A stretch of DNA of 64,000 bases from Anaerolineae bacterium. Lineage in GTDB: Bacteria > Chloroflexota > Anaerolineae > JACIWP01. The stretch is from contig JAPWUQ010000001.1 of the NCBI GenBank assembly GCA_028275445.1, positions 3,161-67,160 of the forward strand, written 5' to 3'. The notes beneath the pieces are model-generated. The model made no database searches. It was not told where the DNA came from and worked only from the letters and a program-made list of their open reading frames with translations. Below are positions 27,464 through 36,709 of the stretch, in pieces; within the stretch, counting starts at the first letter, position 1, and every line of letters starts with the position of its first letter. The position numbers and the translations under genes were made by a program.

Positions 27464-27509
27464 TAGAACGTTTGTTCTACATTATACGCGGGGGCCGGCG
27501 GATTGTCAA
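27464..27509 (-). promoter_or_regulatory. Perfect consensus promoter (TTGACA-N17-TATAAT, plus-strand 27481-27509) with a TAGAAC-N4-GTTCTA operator palindrome (27464-27479) overlapping the transcription start. Drives the RHH gene.
   Basis: The minus strand reads tTTGACAatccgccggcccccgcgTATAATgTAGAACaaacGTTCTAttc. Classic autorepressor layout. Confidence 0.55.
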
Positions 27510-27573
27510 ATCCGCGCCACCCGCCCTGGACCAGGGACAGCCGCCTACGGCCTGTTTAGGACAAAAGTAGGCC

Positions 27574-27602
27574 TTGCCAGGTTGCAAAGCGTACATTATA
27601 AT
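27574..27602 (+). promoter_or_regulatory. Promoter for the Ser/Thr kinase operon (TTGCCA-N17-TATAAT)
   Basis: cTTGCCAggttgcaaagcgtacatTATAATcgg. Confidence 0.5.
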
Positions 27603-27678
27603 CGGGCTGTCAGCCGAGCCTGTCAGGCGCTCGGGTGCTGGAGCCTGTGCATTGACAGGGTGAAAAGGAAGGGGCGCA

Positions 27679-29568
27679 TTGGAGACGCGTCGCGACGTTT
27701 CCGCCAAGACAGCCGAACAATCCGCCGGCACGCACCTCCAGCCCGGCCAGGTCCTGCACGGGCGCTATCAAATCCTGCGGGTGCTGGGCACCGGCGGCAT
27801 GAGCGCGGTCTATGAGGCGCGCGACCTGAACTTCCCCAATGTGGTGCGCCGCTGTGCCGTCAAGGAGATCGCCATCGCCCCGACCAAGCCCCTGGTGCTG
27901 GCCCAACAGCGGGAGCTGTTCGAGCGCGAGGCCAACCTGCTGGCCAGCCTGAGCCACCCGGCCATCCCCAAGATTTACGACTTCTTCAACGAAGAGGAAT
28001 ACAGCTACCTGGTGCTGGAGCTGATCCATGGGGAGGACCTGGAGACCATCCTGCGCCGGCACGGCGGCCCCCTCCCCCAGTCCATCGTCGTGCGCTGGGC
28101 CATCGAAATCTGCGAGGTCCTGCACTTCCTCCACACCCGTCAGCCCGAGCCCATCGTCTTCCGCGACATGAAACCCTCCAACGTCATGCTCAACGAGTAC
28201 GGGCATATCGTGCTCATTGACTTCGGCATCGCCAAGATATTCCGCGGGGAAGAGCGCGGCACCATGATCGGCACCGAGGGCTATTCCCCGCCCGAACAGT
28301 ACCGCGGCATTGCCACGCCCCAGAGCGACATCTATTCCCTGGGCGCGACATTGCACCACCTCCTGAGCGGGTGCGACCCGACCAAGGAGGCGCCGTTCAC
28401 CTTCCATCAGCGGCCCCTGCGGCAGTACAACCCCACCGTGTCGCCGGAGCTGGAAGCCATCATCATGCGCGCCCTGGCGTATGAGGCGAGCGAGCGCTTC
28501 TCGACGGCCGAGGAGATGCGGCGCGCCTTACTGCCGCTCGCCGGCCGCGCCGGCCAGCCCGACCCGGCCCTCTTCCCCACAGTGCGCATCTCCAGCGAGC
28601 CGGCGGTCCAGCCCCTCTGGACCTTCCGCTGTGAGGACGAGGTGCGCTCATCCCCGCGCGTGGCCGACGGGGTGCTCTATATCGGATGCTACGACCACAA
28701 CCTTTATGCCCTGCGCGCCGACAACGGCCAGTTGCTGTGGAAGTTCCCGACCGAAGGGGGCATCGCCGCCACGCCGGCCCCCTGGGAGGACCTGGTCATC
28801 ATCGGCTCGGAGGACGGCGCGCTGTACGCGGTGCTGGCCGCCAGCGGCCGGCAGGTCTGGCGCTTCCCCACGCAGGGGCGGGTGCGCTCTTCCGCCCGCA
28901 TCGCCTATAACCACGCCTTCTTCGGCTCGGATGACGCGCATATCTACGCCGTGCAGGCCCGCAGTGGCAAACTGCTCTGGAAAGCGGTTACCAGCGGACC
29001 GGTGCGCTCCTCGCCGGCCATCGCCGATGAAATGCTGGTCGTGGGGAGCGAGGACGGATACGTGTATGCCCTCCAGCTCCAGCGGGGGACCCTCCTCTGG
29101 CGCTATTTCTGCGGCGGCGGTGTCGTTTCCTCGCCCCTGCTCTGGGAGGGCATGGTCATCGTCGGCTCCACCGACCGCTACCTGTACGCCCTGGATGTTC
29201 ATTCGGGCTGGCCGGTGTGGCGCTTCCGCGCCGAGAAACCCATCATCTCCTCGCCGGCCGGCATGGGCGATACCATCTACGTCGGCTCCGCGGACGGCAA
29301 CCTGTATGCCCTCGAGTCGGGGAGCGGACGTCTGCGCTGGAAATACAGCACGGGGGGACAGGTCAACTCCTCCCCGGCGGTCGCCGGCGAAGCGGTCTAT
29401 GTCGGCTCCAGCGACGGCGGTGTCTATTGCCTGGATGCCCGCACCGGGAAACTGCGCTGGAAGTTCGAGACCCAGGGGCCGGTCGTTTCCTCCCCGCTGG
29501 TGCATGAGGGAGTGGTCTTCATCGGCTCATTGGATCATCATGTGTACGCCCTGCCGGCCGCCGGCTGA
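27679..29568 (+). CDS. Hanks-type Ser/Thr protein kinase fused to a PQQ-repeat beta-propeller
   Basis: 629 aa. Kinase subdomains (GTGGMSAVYEARD, HRDMKPSNVML, DFGIAK, GTEGYSPPEQ). C-terminal repeats of the form LYxGSxDGxLYAL...G..LW. Confidence 0.85.
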   Translation: METRRDVSAKTAEQSAGTHLQPGQVLHGRYQILRVLGTGGMSAVYEARDLNFPNVVRRCAVKEIAIAPTKPLVLAQQRELFEREANLLASLSHPAIPKIYDFFNEEEYSYLVLELIHGEDLETILRRHGGPLPQSIVVRWAIEICEVLHFLHTRQPEPIVFRDMKPSNVMLNEYGHIVLIDFGIAKIFRGEERGTMIGTEGYSPPEQYRGIATPQSDIYSLGATLHHLLSGCDPTKEAPFTFHQRPLRQYNPTVSPELEAIIMRALAYEASERFSTAEEMRRALLPLAGRAGQPDPALFPTVRISSEPAVQPLWTFRCEDEVRSSPRVADGVLYIGCYDHNLYALRADNGQLLWKFPTEGGIAATPAPWEDLVIIGSEDGALYAVLAASGRQVWRFPTQGRVRSSARIAYNHAFFGSDDAHIYAVQARSGKLLWKAVTSGPVRSSPAIADEMLVVGSEDGYVYALQLQRGTLLWRYFCGGGVVSSPLLWEGMVIVGSTDRYLYALDVHSGWPVWRFRAEKPIISSPAGMGDTIYVGSADGNLYALESGSGRLRWKYSTGGQVNSSPAVAGEAVYVGSSDGGVYCLDARTGKLRWKFETQGPVVSSPLVHEGVVFIGSLDHHVYALPAAG

Positions 29569-29609
29569 CAGGGGAACACCACCATCACACGGGATATGGG
29601 TTCAACGCT

Positions 29610-30476
29610 ATGGGCAAGAAACGCCGGACTACAACCGAGGAAGCGGAAACGCCGCCGGCTCCCGCGCCGGTGACGGCGGAGGAAAGCGGCATCCCCTGCG
29701 CGCGGGCGCTCTTCAGCATGGCCAGCCACATCGGCATGGTGCGCGAGGAGAACGAGGACAGCGCCTTCGCCTGGCTCCAGCATCTTTCCACCCATGAGGG
29801 ACTGCAGACCGTCGGGCTGTTCATGGTGGCAGACGGCATGGGCGGGCACCTGCACGGGGAAGCGGCCAGCCGGCTGGCCGTGCAGACCGCCGGCGAAAGC
29901 CTCCTGCGGCACGTCATTCTGCCCTCGCTCAGCTCGGAGGCCATGACGCCGGCGGTGCCCATCCAGGAGGCCATCGCCGAGGCCTTTCAGGCCGCCCATC
30001 AGCGCCTGCAGGAGAAAGTGCCGGACGGGGCAACCACCCTCACCATCGTACTGCTGATGGGGAAGCGCATCTATGTCGGGCACGCCGGCGACTGCCGGCT
30101 CTATCTCCTGCGCGGCGGCGAGCTTCGCCAACTGACGCGCGATCATTCGCTCCTGCACCGGCTGTTCGAGCTGGGGCAGATTGACCCGGAAGAGCTGGAG
30201 GCGCTGGACCAGGATGCCCGCCGCAACGCCCTTTATCGGGCAGTGGGTCAGCCCAACCCGTTGGAAATTGACCTGGCCTCTCACAGCCTGCTGGCCGGCG
30301 ATGGGCTGGTATTGTGCTCGGACGGGCTGTGGGGCGCGGTGCCGCGCGCGGAGATGAAGGACATCCTCCAGCAGGCCCCCACGCCGGCGGATGCCTGCCA
30401 GGCGCTGGTGGCGGCGGCCAATGCACACGGCGGGCCGGACAATATCACCGTTATTGTGGTGCATCCCGCGGGATAG
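29610..30476 (+). CDS. PP2C-family Ser/Thr phosphatase
   Basis: 288 aa. GMVREENEDS...VADGMGGH...GTTLT...VGHAGDCRLYL...CSDGLW...DNITVIVV are the PP2C metal-binding motifs. Confidence 0.85.
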   Translation: MGKKRRTTTEEAETPPAPAPVTAEESGIPCARALFSMASHIGMVREENEDSAFAWLQHLSTHEGLQTVGLFMVADGMGGHLHGEAASRLAVQTAGESLLRHVILPSLSSEAMTPAVPIQEAIAEAFQAAHQRLQEKVPDGATTLTIVLLMGKRIYVGHAGDCRLYLLRGGELRQLTRDHSLLHRLFELGQIDPEELEALDQDARRNALYRAVGQPNPLEIDLASHSLLAGDGLVLCSDGLWGAVPRAEMKDILQQAPTPADACQALVAAANAHGGPDNITVIVVHPAG

Positions 30477-30512
30477 GGCGCGGAAAAGGATGGAGGGATT
30501 GGGAGCAACAGC

Positions 30513-32018
30513 ATGACCTTTTCCGCATGGGACAGGAGCACAGGGGAACGGGGCGAAGAGGATTACTACCGCATCCTGGGGGTGGAGGATGACGCCTCGC
30601 AGGAGGAGATTCGCGCCGCGTACCGGGACTTAGTGCGGCAGTATCACCCGGACGCCGGCCTGGTCAAAGGGACAGCCTTCCTCTTCCGCCAGATCCAGCA
30701 GGCCTACGAGACCTTGAGCGACCCACAGCGCCGGCAGGAATACGACGAGCGCCTGCGGCGGGAAGGGAAGCGACCGCCGCGGCTGTTCGCGCTGGATGTC
30801 CTGCCCGGGCCGGCGGAACTGGCCTGCGTGGACGAGCCTCAGCTCCTGTACTTGCTCATCACCCTGACGCCGCTGGCGAACCGCCCCGAGCCTGATACGC
30901 GCCTCAATCTCTGCCTGGTGATTGACTGCAGTACCTCCATGAAGGGGGAGCGGTTGGCCGCTGTGCGGGAGGCCATCCTACACCTGGTGGAGGAAATGCA
31001 GTCCGATGACATACTCTCCTTGGTGGCCTTTTCCGACACTGCGCAGGTGCTCCTGCCCCCACAGCATACCCCGCCGTCGCGCGTCCTGCGGCCCCTTCTG
31101 GCATCCCTGACCGCCGACGGTGGGACGGAGATATTCCAGGGCCTGCAGGCCGGCCTGTCCCTGGTGGGGCACACCCGTTCCGACCACCAAATCAACCATC
31201 TCTTACTGCTCACGGACGGTCACACCTATGGGGACGCGCAGAAGTGCCTGCTGGCAGCGCGATCCGCGGCGCGGCAGGATATCGGCATCTCTGCCTTCGG
31301 CGTCGGCCATGACTGGAACGAGGACTTTTTGGACCATTTGACGGCGGCCGCCGGCGGACAGGTGGTCTTCATCGAAAACCCTGCCGGCATCGGGCGCGCC
31401 TTTCTGGAACATCTGCGCCAACTGAAAGAGGCCTGGATCACCGACCTGACCATGCGGCTGTACTATACGCCGGCCGCCCGCTTCAAGGCGGCCTTTGCCC
31501 TGACACCCGAACTGCGGATGCTGGAGGAGATAGATGGGGAGCTGGCGCTGGGGAGCCTGCAGTATACCCGCCCGCGCCATGTGCTGGTGGAAAGCATCGT
31601 CAGCCCCCTTGAAGAAGGGACGCATCGGGTGCTTCAGGTGGAAGCGGCCAGCATGGCGCCGGCCTACGGCACGCCGGCGGTTCAGCGCAAGGTCGTGCGG
31701 GTGCCCTTCCGCTCCCAGGGCGTCACCCGGCCGTTGATGCCGGCGGCCATCGTGGAAGCGGCCCAGAAGGTCTCCCTGCTCCGGATGCAGAAGCTGATCG
31801 AGGAAGAAGCACGGCAGGGACGGGTGCCGCAGGCCACCACCCTGTTGGAAGGGCTGGCGACCCGTCTGATGCGGGAAGGTCAGGACGAGCTGGCCGGCGT
31901 GCTTATACAGGAGGCGCGCCTGCTGGCGGAGACCGGCCGGCTTTCCCCCGCCGGCGCCAAGCGCTTGCGCTTCGGCACGCGTGCTCTCCAGCCACTGCTC
32001 CCCGGCGGAACAGAGTGA
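30513..32018 (+). CDS. J-domain (DnaJ N-terminal) protein fused to a von Willebrand factor A domain
   Basis: 501 aa. J domain (DYYRILGV...YRDLVRQYHPD). vWA MIDAS motif (VIDCSTSMKGERL...LLLTDGHTYGD). Confidence 0.8.
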   Translation: MTFSAWDRSTGERGEEDYYRILGVEDDASQEEIRAAYRDLVRQYHPDAGLVKGTAFLFRQIQQAYETLSDPQRRQEYDERLRREGKRPPRLFALDVLPGPAELACVDEPQLLYLLITLTPLANRPEPDTRLNLCLVIDCSTSMKGERLAAVREAILHLVEEMQSDDILSLVAFSDTAQVLLPPQHTPPSRVLRPLLASLTADGGTEIFQGLQAGLSLVGHTRSDHQINHLLLLTDGHTYGDAQKCLLAARSAARQDIGISAFGVGHDWNEDFLDHLTAAAGGQVVFIENPAGIGRAFLEHLRQLKEAWITDLTMRLYYTPAARFKAAFALTPELRMLEEIDGELALGSLQYTRPRHVLVESIVSPLEEGTHRVLQVEAASMAPAYGTPAVQRKVVRVPFRSQGVTRPLMPAAIVEAAQKVSLLRMQKLIEEEARQGRVPQATTLLEGLATRLMREGQDELAGVLIQEARLLAETGRLSPAGAKRLRFGTRALQPLLPGGTE

Positions 32019-32028
32019 GGAGGCGGGT

Positions 32029-32535
32029 ATGCCGGTCTGCCCCACCTGCGGCCAGCCGTATATCCTGAACACCATTTTCTGCGAGCAGTGCGGCACCGCC
32101 CTACAGCCCCTGCACCAGACAGAAGGGTTCGCATCCGCCGGCACCCGCGCCTCCACCGGCCCTGCGCCGGCGGTGGTGCTGGAAATGCTGTCCGGCGCAC
32201 ACCAGTTTCGGCTCCCAACGGACGCACTGCCGGCCGTCATCGGGCGCGCCGATGCCGGCCAGACGAGCCGGCCGCAGGTGGACCTGGCGCCCTACGGCGG
32301 GCTGGAGCGCGGGGTCTCGCGCCAGCATGCCCGGCTGTTATGGCGGGACGGCCGCCTGATGATAGAGGATCTGGCCAGCACCAACGGCACCTGGGTCAAT
32401 GACGTGCGGCTGGCTCCCAATGTGCCTCATCCTCTGCGGGATGGGGACATCCTGCGGCTGGGCACCCTGCGCCTGCGGGTGCAGGTGCGCGCCGGCGGTA
32501 CGGCTCTCGAACATCATGCTTCCGAACGCAAATAA
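32029..32535 (+). CDS. FHA-domain protein with an N-terminal zinc ribbon
   Basis: ATG at 32029 with GAGGAGG RBS. CPTCGQ...CEQCG ribbon. FHA core (GR...VSRQHARLLWRDGRLMIEDLASTNGTWVN). Confidence 0.8.
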   Translation: MPVCPTCGQPYILNTIFCEQCGTALQPLHQTEGFASAGTRASTGPAPAVVLEMLSGAHQFRLPTDALPAVIGRADAGQTSRPQVDLAPYGGLERGVSRQHARLLWRDGRLMIEDLASTNGTWVNDVRLAPNVPHPLRDGDILRLGTLRLRVQVRAGGTALEHHASERK

Positions 32536-32550
32536 GGGACGGGTGAAGCG

Positions 32551-32799
32551 ATGGGATATACGGTGCTGATTCATCTGCCAAATGAAGACCCGGTTCTGGC
32601 CGAGATGGAGGAACTGCCGCCCCCCAATGCCACGTACATCATCTGCACGGAGGCACGCCGGCGCGATGGCAAGCCCCTGCATTATCTGACGCCGGAGGCC
32701 ACTGCCTTCATCTTCCCGCTCTCGCGCATCTCATTTATCGAGATCCTGCCTGGTGAGGCGGAGCGCGGCGAGCTTTTGGAGTTCTTCCGCGAGGAATAA
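32551..32799 (+). CDS. Small hypothetical protein (82 aa)
   Basis: Codon-biased ORF immediately downstream of the FHA gene, with its own AAGCGATG context. No recognisable motif. Confidence 0.45.
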   Translation: MGYTVLIHLPNEDPVLAEMEELPPPNATYIICTEARRRDGKPLHYLTPEATAFIFPLSRISFIEILPGEAERGELLEFFREE

Positions 32800-32860
32800 C
32801 GCGTCGGCGGAGGAACCGACCTTCCCGCGGGTTTGGCCCCGCGGGAAGGTCTTGAGTTCA

Positions 32861-33265
32861 TCAGCGGACCTCGAACTCCAATGTCTTGGCCACTTTGTCG
32901 TTCAGGTAAATGTCCACCTTGTACTTGCCGGCAGGCCAGGGGTTGGTGTTGGACAGGTTGAACAATACCTGCCCACTGCCCGAGACAAACTCGGTCTCAT
33001 TGATCACGTAGTTCGGCTCGACACTCTCGGCTTCCACAGCGGTCCACACTGCCTTAAGTTTGGTGTCATCCGGCGCGTTGCGCAGGTTGACCTGGGCGTA
33101 GAATACCTCATCCGGGGCGAAGACAGTAGTGCGGTTCTTACCCGCCTCATCGTTGGACATCCAGGCGTCGCCGATGTTGGCGGTAGAGAAGCTGACCTCA
33201 CAAGCCGCCAGCGACAGGACGAGGACGACGAGTCCTATCAGCATGAAAACTTTCCCGACTTTCAT
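32861..33265 (-). CDS. Lipoprotein (LAAC lipobox) with a C-terminal beta domain related to that of the 5127 protein
   Basis: ATG at 33265 with GGGAGG RBS. MKVGKVFMLIGLVVLVLSLAAC is a signal peptide plus lipobox. The C-terminal ...FYAQVNLRN...KAVW...YKVDIYLNDKVAKTLEFEV resembles 5127-5867. Confidence 0.6.
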   Translation of the reverse strand: MKVGKVFMLIGLVVLVLSLAACEVSFSTANIGDAWMSNDEAGKNRTTVFAPDEVFYAQVNLRNAPDDTKLKAVWTAVEAESVEPNYVINETEFVSGSGQVLFNLSNTNPWPAGKYKVDIYLNDKVAKTLEFEVR

Positions 33266-33429
33266 TGGAACCTCCCGTTTCATTTGGTGTGATTGTCTCC
33301 AGCGAAACGCTGAAACCGCTGTGCGTCCCCGCCGGCGGCACTCCATACGGCCTTACAAATAAAATTGTAACATAATTTTCTAAAAAAGTCAATAATTTGG
33401 GATAATAACCGCGCGCCGCCTTCGCCGGC

Positions 33430-33458
33430 TTGACGCGCCGCGGAACCTCCCCTATAAT
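33430..33458 (+). promoter_or_regulatory. Promoter for rnz (TTGACG-N17-TATAAT)
   Basis: cTTGACGcgccgcggaacctccccTATAATccc. Confidence 0.5.
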
Positions 33459-33502
33459 CCCCTTGTCAGCGGACCTTGATAACCCGTGGTGAGGCAACGG
33501 CC

Positions 33503-34462
33503 GTGTTCGAAATCTTATTCCTGGGGACATCCGCCGCCATTCCCACCCCAGAGCGCACCCCTTCGGCAACGCTCATCCGGTACGGCGGCCGGCATTATCT
33601 CGTGGACTGCGGCGAGGGAACCTATCAACGGCTGGCCCAGGCGCGCGCCGCCGGCCTGACCGACGCACAGCCCGGCGTCAACCTGCGGCAGGTCTTCTTC
33701 ACCCATGACCACCTGGACCATCTGCTGGGCATCGGCGGCCTGCTCTTCTCACTCCGCATGGCGAACCTCAAGCCCCGCCCGCGCCTGAGCATTTACGGCG
33801 GCAGTACCACCCTGGACCGGGTGCGCATCCTGGCCACCCTGATCCGCTCCCCGGAGGCGCGCGACCCGGGGGTGGACATCGAATATTTCGCCGTATCGCG
33901 CGGGGTGCTGATCGAGGATGGGGAGCTGGTCATCTCGGCGTTCCGCACCAACCACACCGCGCGGCCCTGCTTCGGCTATATCTTCGAGGAGCGGCCGCGC
34001 CGGCATTTCCGGCCGGAGCTGGCGGAGCGGTTGGGGGTGCCGGCCGGCCCCTGGCGCGAGCGCCTCATGGCCGGCGAGACCATCACCCTGCCCGACGGGG
34101 AAGTCATCCACCCGGACCAGGTCCTCTCCGACCCCGTGCCCGGCGCCAAGGTGGTCATCAGCGGCGACATCGCCTTCACCCACTCGCTGGCCCGCATCGC
34201 GCAGGGGGCCGACCTGCTCATCACCGAGGCGACTTTCTCCTCGGACCAGGCGCACCTGGCGGAGGCCAGCGGGCACATGACGCCGGCGCAGGCCGCCACC
34301 ATCGCCGCCGAGGCCAAGGTGCGCCTGCTGTGCCTGACCCACATCGGCGATGCCTATCGCGGGCGCGAGGCGGAACTGCTGGCGGAAGCGCGGGCTATCT
34401 TCCCGAACACGATACTGCCCTCCGATCTGGAGCGCATCACTGTGGAGCGCCGCGCTCCGTAG
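33503..34462 (+). CDS. rnz: Ribonuclease Z (metallo-beta-lactamase fold, tRNA 3' processing)
   Basis: VFEILFLGTSAAIPT...YLVDCGEGT...FFTHDHLDHLLGIGGL...GDIAFT match RNase Z / MBL motifs. GTG start at 33503 assumed. Confidence 0.8.
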   Translation: MFEILFLGTSAAIPTPERTPSATLIRYGGRHYLVDCGEGTYQRLAQARAAGLTDAQPGVNLRQVFFTHDHLDHLLGIGGLLFSLRMANLKPRPRLSIYGGSTTLDRVRILATLIRSPEARDPGVDIEYFAVSRGVLIEDGELVISAFRTNHTARPCFGYIFEERPRRHFRPELAERLGVPAGPWRERLMAGETITLPDGEVIHPDQVLSDPVPGAKVVISGDIAFTHSLARIAQGADLLITEATFSSDQAHLAEASGHMTPAQAATIAAEAKVRLLCLTHIGDAYRGREAELLAEARAIFPNTILPSDLERITVERRAP

Positions 34463-34622
34463 CCGGCGCATCCCGCTCGTCCAACAACCTCTCCAGCTCC
34501 TCCTCCAGCTCTTCCCACTGCTGGTGCAGGGCCGGCGGCACGGAATGCTTCGGCCAGCGCCGGCGCAGTTCCTCCAGCTCCTTCCGAATCTCAGCAATGC
34601 GCTGTTCCCGTTCCCGCTCCAT
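34437..34622 (-). CDS. Small coiled-coil hypothetical protein (about 61 aa)
   Basis: MEREREQRIAEIRKELEELRRRWPKH... The upstream part of the listed ORF is Arg/Gly-rich and unlikely to be coding. Convergent with rnz, overlapping it by 26 nt. Confidence 0.3.
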   Translation of the reverse strand: MEREREQRIAEIRKELEELRRRWPKHSVPPALHQQWEELEEELERLLDERDAPATERGAPQ

Positions 34623-34791
34623 ACCGCATACCTCCCGCCGGCACATATGTGGTGAAAAAAACCGCCTCAGACCATTGTGGGGCAAGCCGCCCCACCCCCG
34701 AATCCCTCTCCCGCCGGCGAAGAAGGGGGTATACCACCGCCTCACATCCTTGGGGGGCCAAAATGGGTGAACACTTCTCTGGACCACCCGT

Positions 34792-34820
34792 TTGACAAGA
34801 TCGCCCCGCTCGGATACAAT
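34792..34820 (+). promoter_or_regulatory. Promoter for the ferredoxin gene (TTGACA-N17-TACAAT)
   Basis: tTTGACAagatcgccccgctcggaTACAATatt. Confidence 0.5.
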
Positions 34821-34886
34821 ATTTCTACCCTATACCAGTATACCCTATATGGCGGGGCCTGTCAAGGCCCTGGGGAGGCTGGCCTG

Positions 34887-35111
34887 ATGAGCACGTGGCG
34901 CTGGAATACCCAGGAGAAGGATGTGCCGGTGGTGGACATAGAACGCTGTCGCGCCTGCCGGCGGTGTGCCGCCCGCACCGTCTGCCGCACCAAGGCCATT
35001 GTACAGCTTGACCCGGGCGAGCCGCCGATGATTGACGCCGGCCGCTGTTTCGGCTGTCTGGTCTGCGCGCCGGCCTGCCCCGCCGGCGCTATCGGCCCGC
35101 GCCGCGGGTAA
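34887..35111 (+). CDS. 2x[4Fe-4S] ferredoxin
   Basis: 74 aa. GGGGAGG RBS. CRACRRCAARTVC and CFGCLVCAPACP cluster motifs. Confidence 0.7.
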   Translation: MSTWRWNTQEKDVPVVDIERCRACRRCAARTVCRTKAIVQLDPGEPPMIDAGRCFGCLVCAPACPAGAIGPRRG

Positions 35112-35276
35112 CCCCAAGGCCTGTACCCTCCGCCCTCCCCCGTATCTCCGCAAACTCAACCGAAATTTGACCCCATCTTCATCAAATCTTAACAGCCCCT
35201 GGCTAAGATATATCTTGCGCGGGTGAACTCCCGGCAAATACACCTTTGGAGTTCCTGGCATGGAAAGGAGGTGGCA

Positions 35277-35831
35277 ATGACGAAACGACGAACAATCCTG
35301 GTAATCAGTGTGCTGGCGGTCATGGCGCTGGCCAGCCTGGTGCTGGTGGGAACGGCCCTGGCGCAGACGCCCACGCCGGCCCCGAGCACTCCCACCACGC
35401 CGGCGCCCTTCTGGGGCAAAGGCTGGGGGCGGGGCTTCGGATGCTGGGGCGGCAACTGGGCCGAGTTCGATGCCATCGCGAAGGCGTTGAACCTGACCCC
35501 CACTCAGCTCTTCGAACAGCTCCACAGCGGCAAGACCCTGGAGGAGATTGCGCAAGCCCAGGGTGTGGACATCAGCAAGGTCCAGGAGGCCGCGCAGGCC
35601 GCCCGGGTGCAGGCCATGAAGGACGCCATCAATCAGGCGGTGAAGGACGGCAAGATCACGCAGGATGAGGCGGATTGGTTACTGCAGGGGTTGGAGAAAG
35701 GATATCTGCCCGGCCGATGGGGCCGCGGGGGCTTTGGGCACGGCATGCGTGGATGGGGATTCAAGGCAACCCCCACCACTCCCAGCCGGCTGACGCCCTC
35801 CACCTCCAGCGGCACGGGCACCGCGCTGTAA
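35277..35831 (+). CDS. Secreted hypothetical protein with Gly/Trp-rich ends and a helical core
   Basis: ATG at 35277 with AAAGGAGG RBS. Signal peptide. Central LTPTQLFEQLHSGKTLEEIAQAQGVDISKV...KDGKITQDEADWLLQGLEKGY. Confidence 0.6.
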   Translation: MTKRRTILVISVLAVMALASLVLVGTALAQTPTPAPSTPTTPAPFWGKGWGRGFGCWGGNWAEFDAIAKALNLTPTQLFEQLHSGKTLEEIAQAQGVDISKVQEAAQAARVQAMKDAINQAVKDGKITQDEADWLLQGLEKGYLPGRWGRGGFGHGMRGWGFKATPTTPSRLTPSTSSGTGTAL

Positions 35832-35949
35832 ACCCGTGAGCCGGGGAACCCGCGATGACCATACCGGCGCCGTACGCGCCAGGGCGAGGAGGGGAACAAA
35901 CCGTTTGTTCCCCTCCTCATTGTGAAGGACGAGCAGGAGGTGCAGAAGC

Positions 35950-36687
35950 ATGGAGCAGCCAGTCATTGACGTGCGGGATGTGGTGAAGATTTACCGTATG
36001 GGGAGCGTGGAGGTGCCGGCCCTGCGGGGGGTCAGCCTGCAGATCTTCCCTGGCGAGCTGGTGGCCATCATGGGCCCCTCGGGGTCCGGCAAATCCACGC
36101 TGATGAATATCCTGGGCTGTCTGGACCGTCCCACCTCCGGAACCTATTATCTGGATGGGCAGGAGGTCAGCCGGCTGGATGACAACGCGCTGGCCCACAT
36201 CCGCAACAAGAAAATTGGGTTTGTCTTTCAGACCTTCAACCTTCTGCCCCGCCTTTCGGCGCTGGCGAACGTGGAACTGCCCTTGATTTACGCCGGCGTC
36301 ACCAATGGGCGGGAGCGCTGTATCGCCGCGCTGGAGCTGGTGGGGCTGGGCGACCGGATCCATCATCGCCCCAACGAGCTTTCCGGCGGCCAACAGCAGC
36401 GCGTGGCCATTGCCCGCGCCCTGGTCAATGACCCCAGCATCATCCTGGCCGATGAGCCCACTGGCAACCTGGACTCGAAGGCCGGCCGCGAGATTATGCG
36501 CATCTTCCAGCAGTTGAACGCCGAACGCGGCATCACTATCGTGATCGTGACCCATGACGCGGATATCGCCCGGCACACGCGCCGCATCCTGCGCATGCAG
36601 GATGGGTTGATGGTGGCGGACGAACCCGTGGAGAACCCGCGCTGGCTGTTGGAAGAAGAGCCGGCGCCGGCGGCTGTCAGTTCCTGA
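35950..36687 (+). CDS. ABC transporter ATP-binding protein, MacB/LolD-type
   Basis: Walker [13 protein letters not shown] signature [15 protein letters not shown]. Walker [12 protein letters not shown]. Confidence 0.9.
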   Translation: MEQPVIDVRDVVKIYRMGSVEVPALRGVSLQIFPGELVAIMGPSGSGKSTLMNILGCLDRPTSGTYYLDGQEVSRLDDNALAHIRNKKIGFVFQTFNLLPRLSALANVELPLIYAGVTNGRERCIAALELVGLGDRIHHRPNELSGGQQQRVAIARALVNDPSIILADEPTGNLDSKAGREIMRIFQQLNAERGITIVIVTHDADIARHTRRILRMQDGLMVADEPVENPRWLLEEEPAPAAVSS

Positions 36688-36709
36688 TACCCCGAAGGAG
36701 GAGAGAAAA

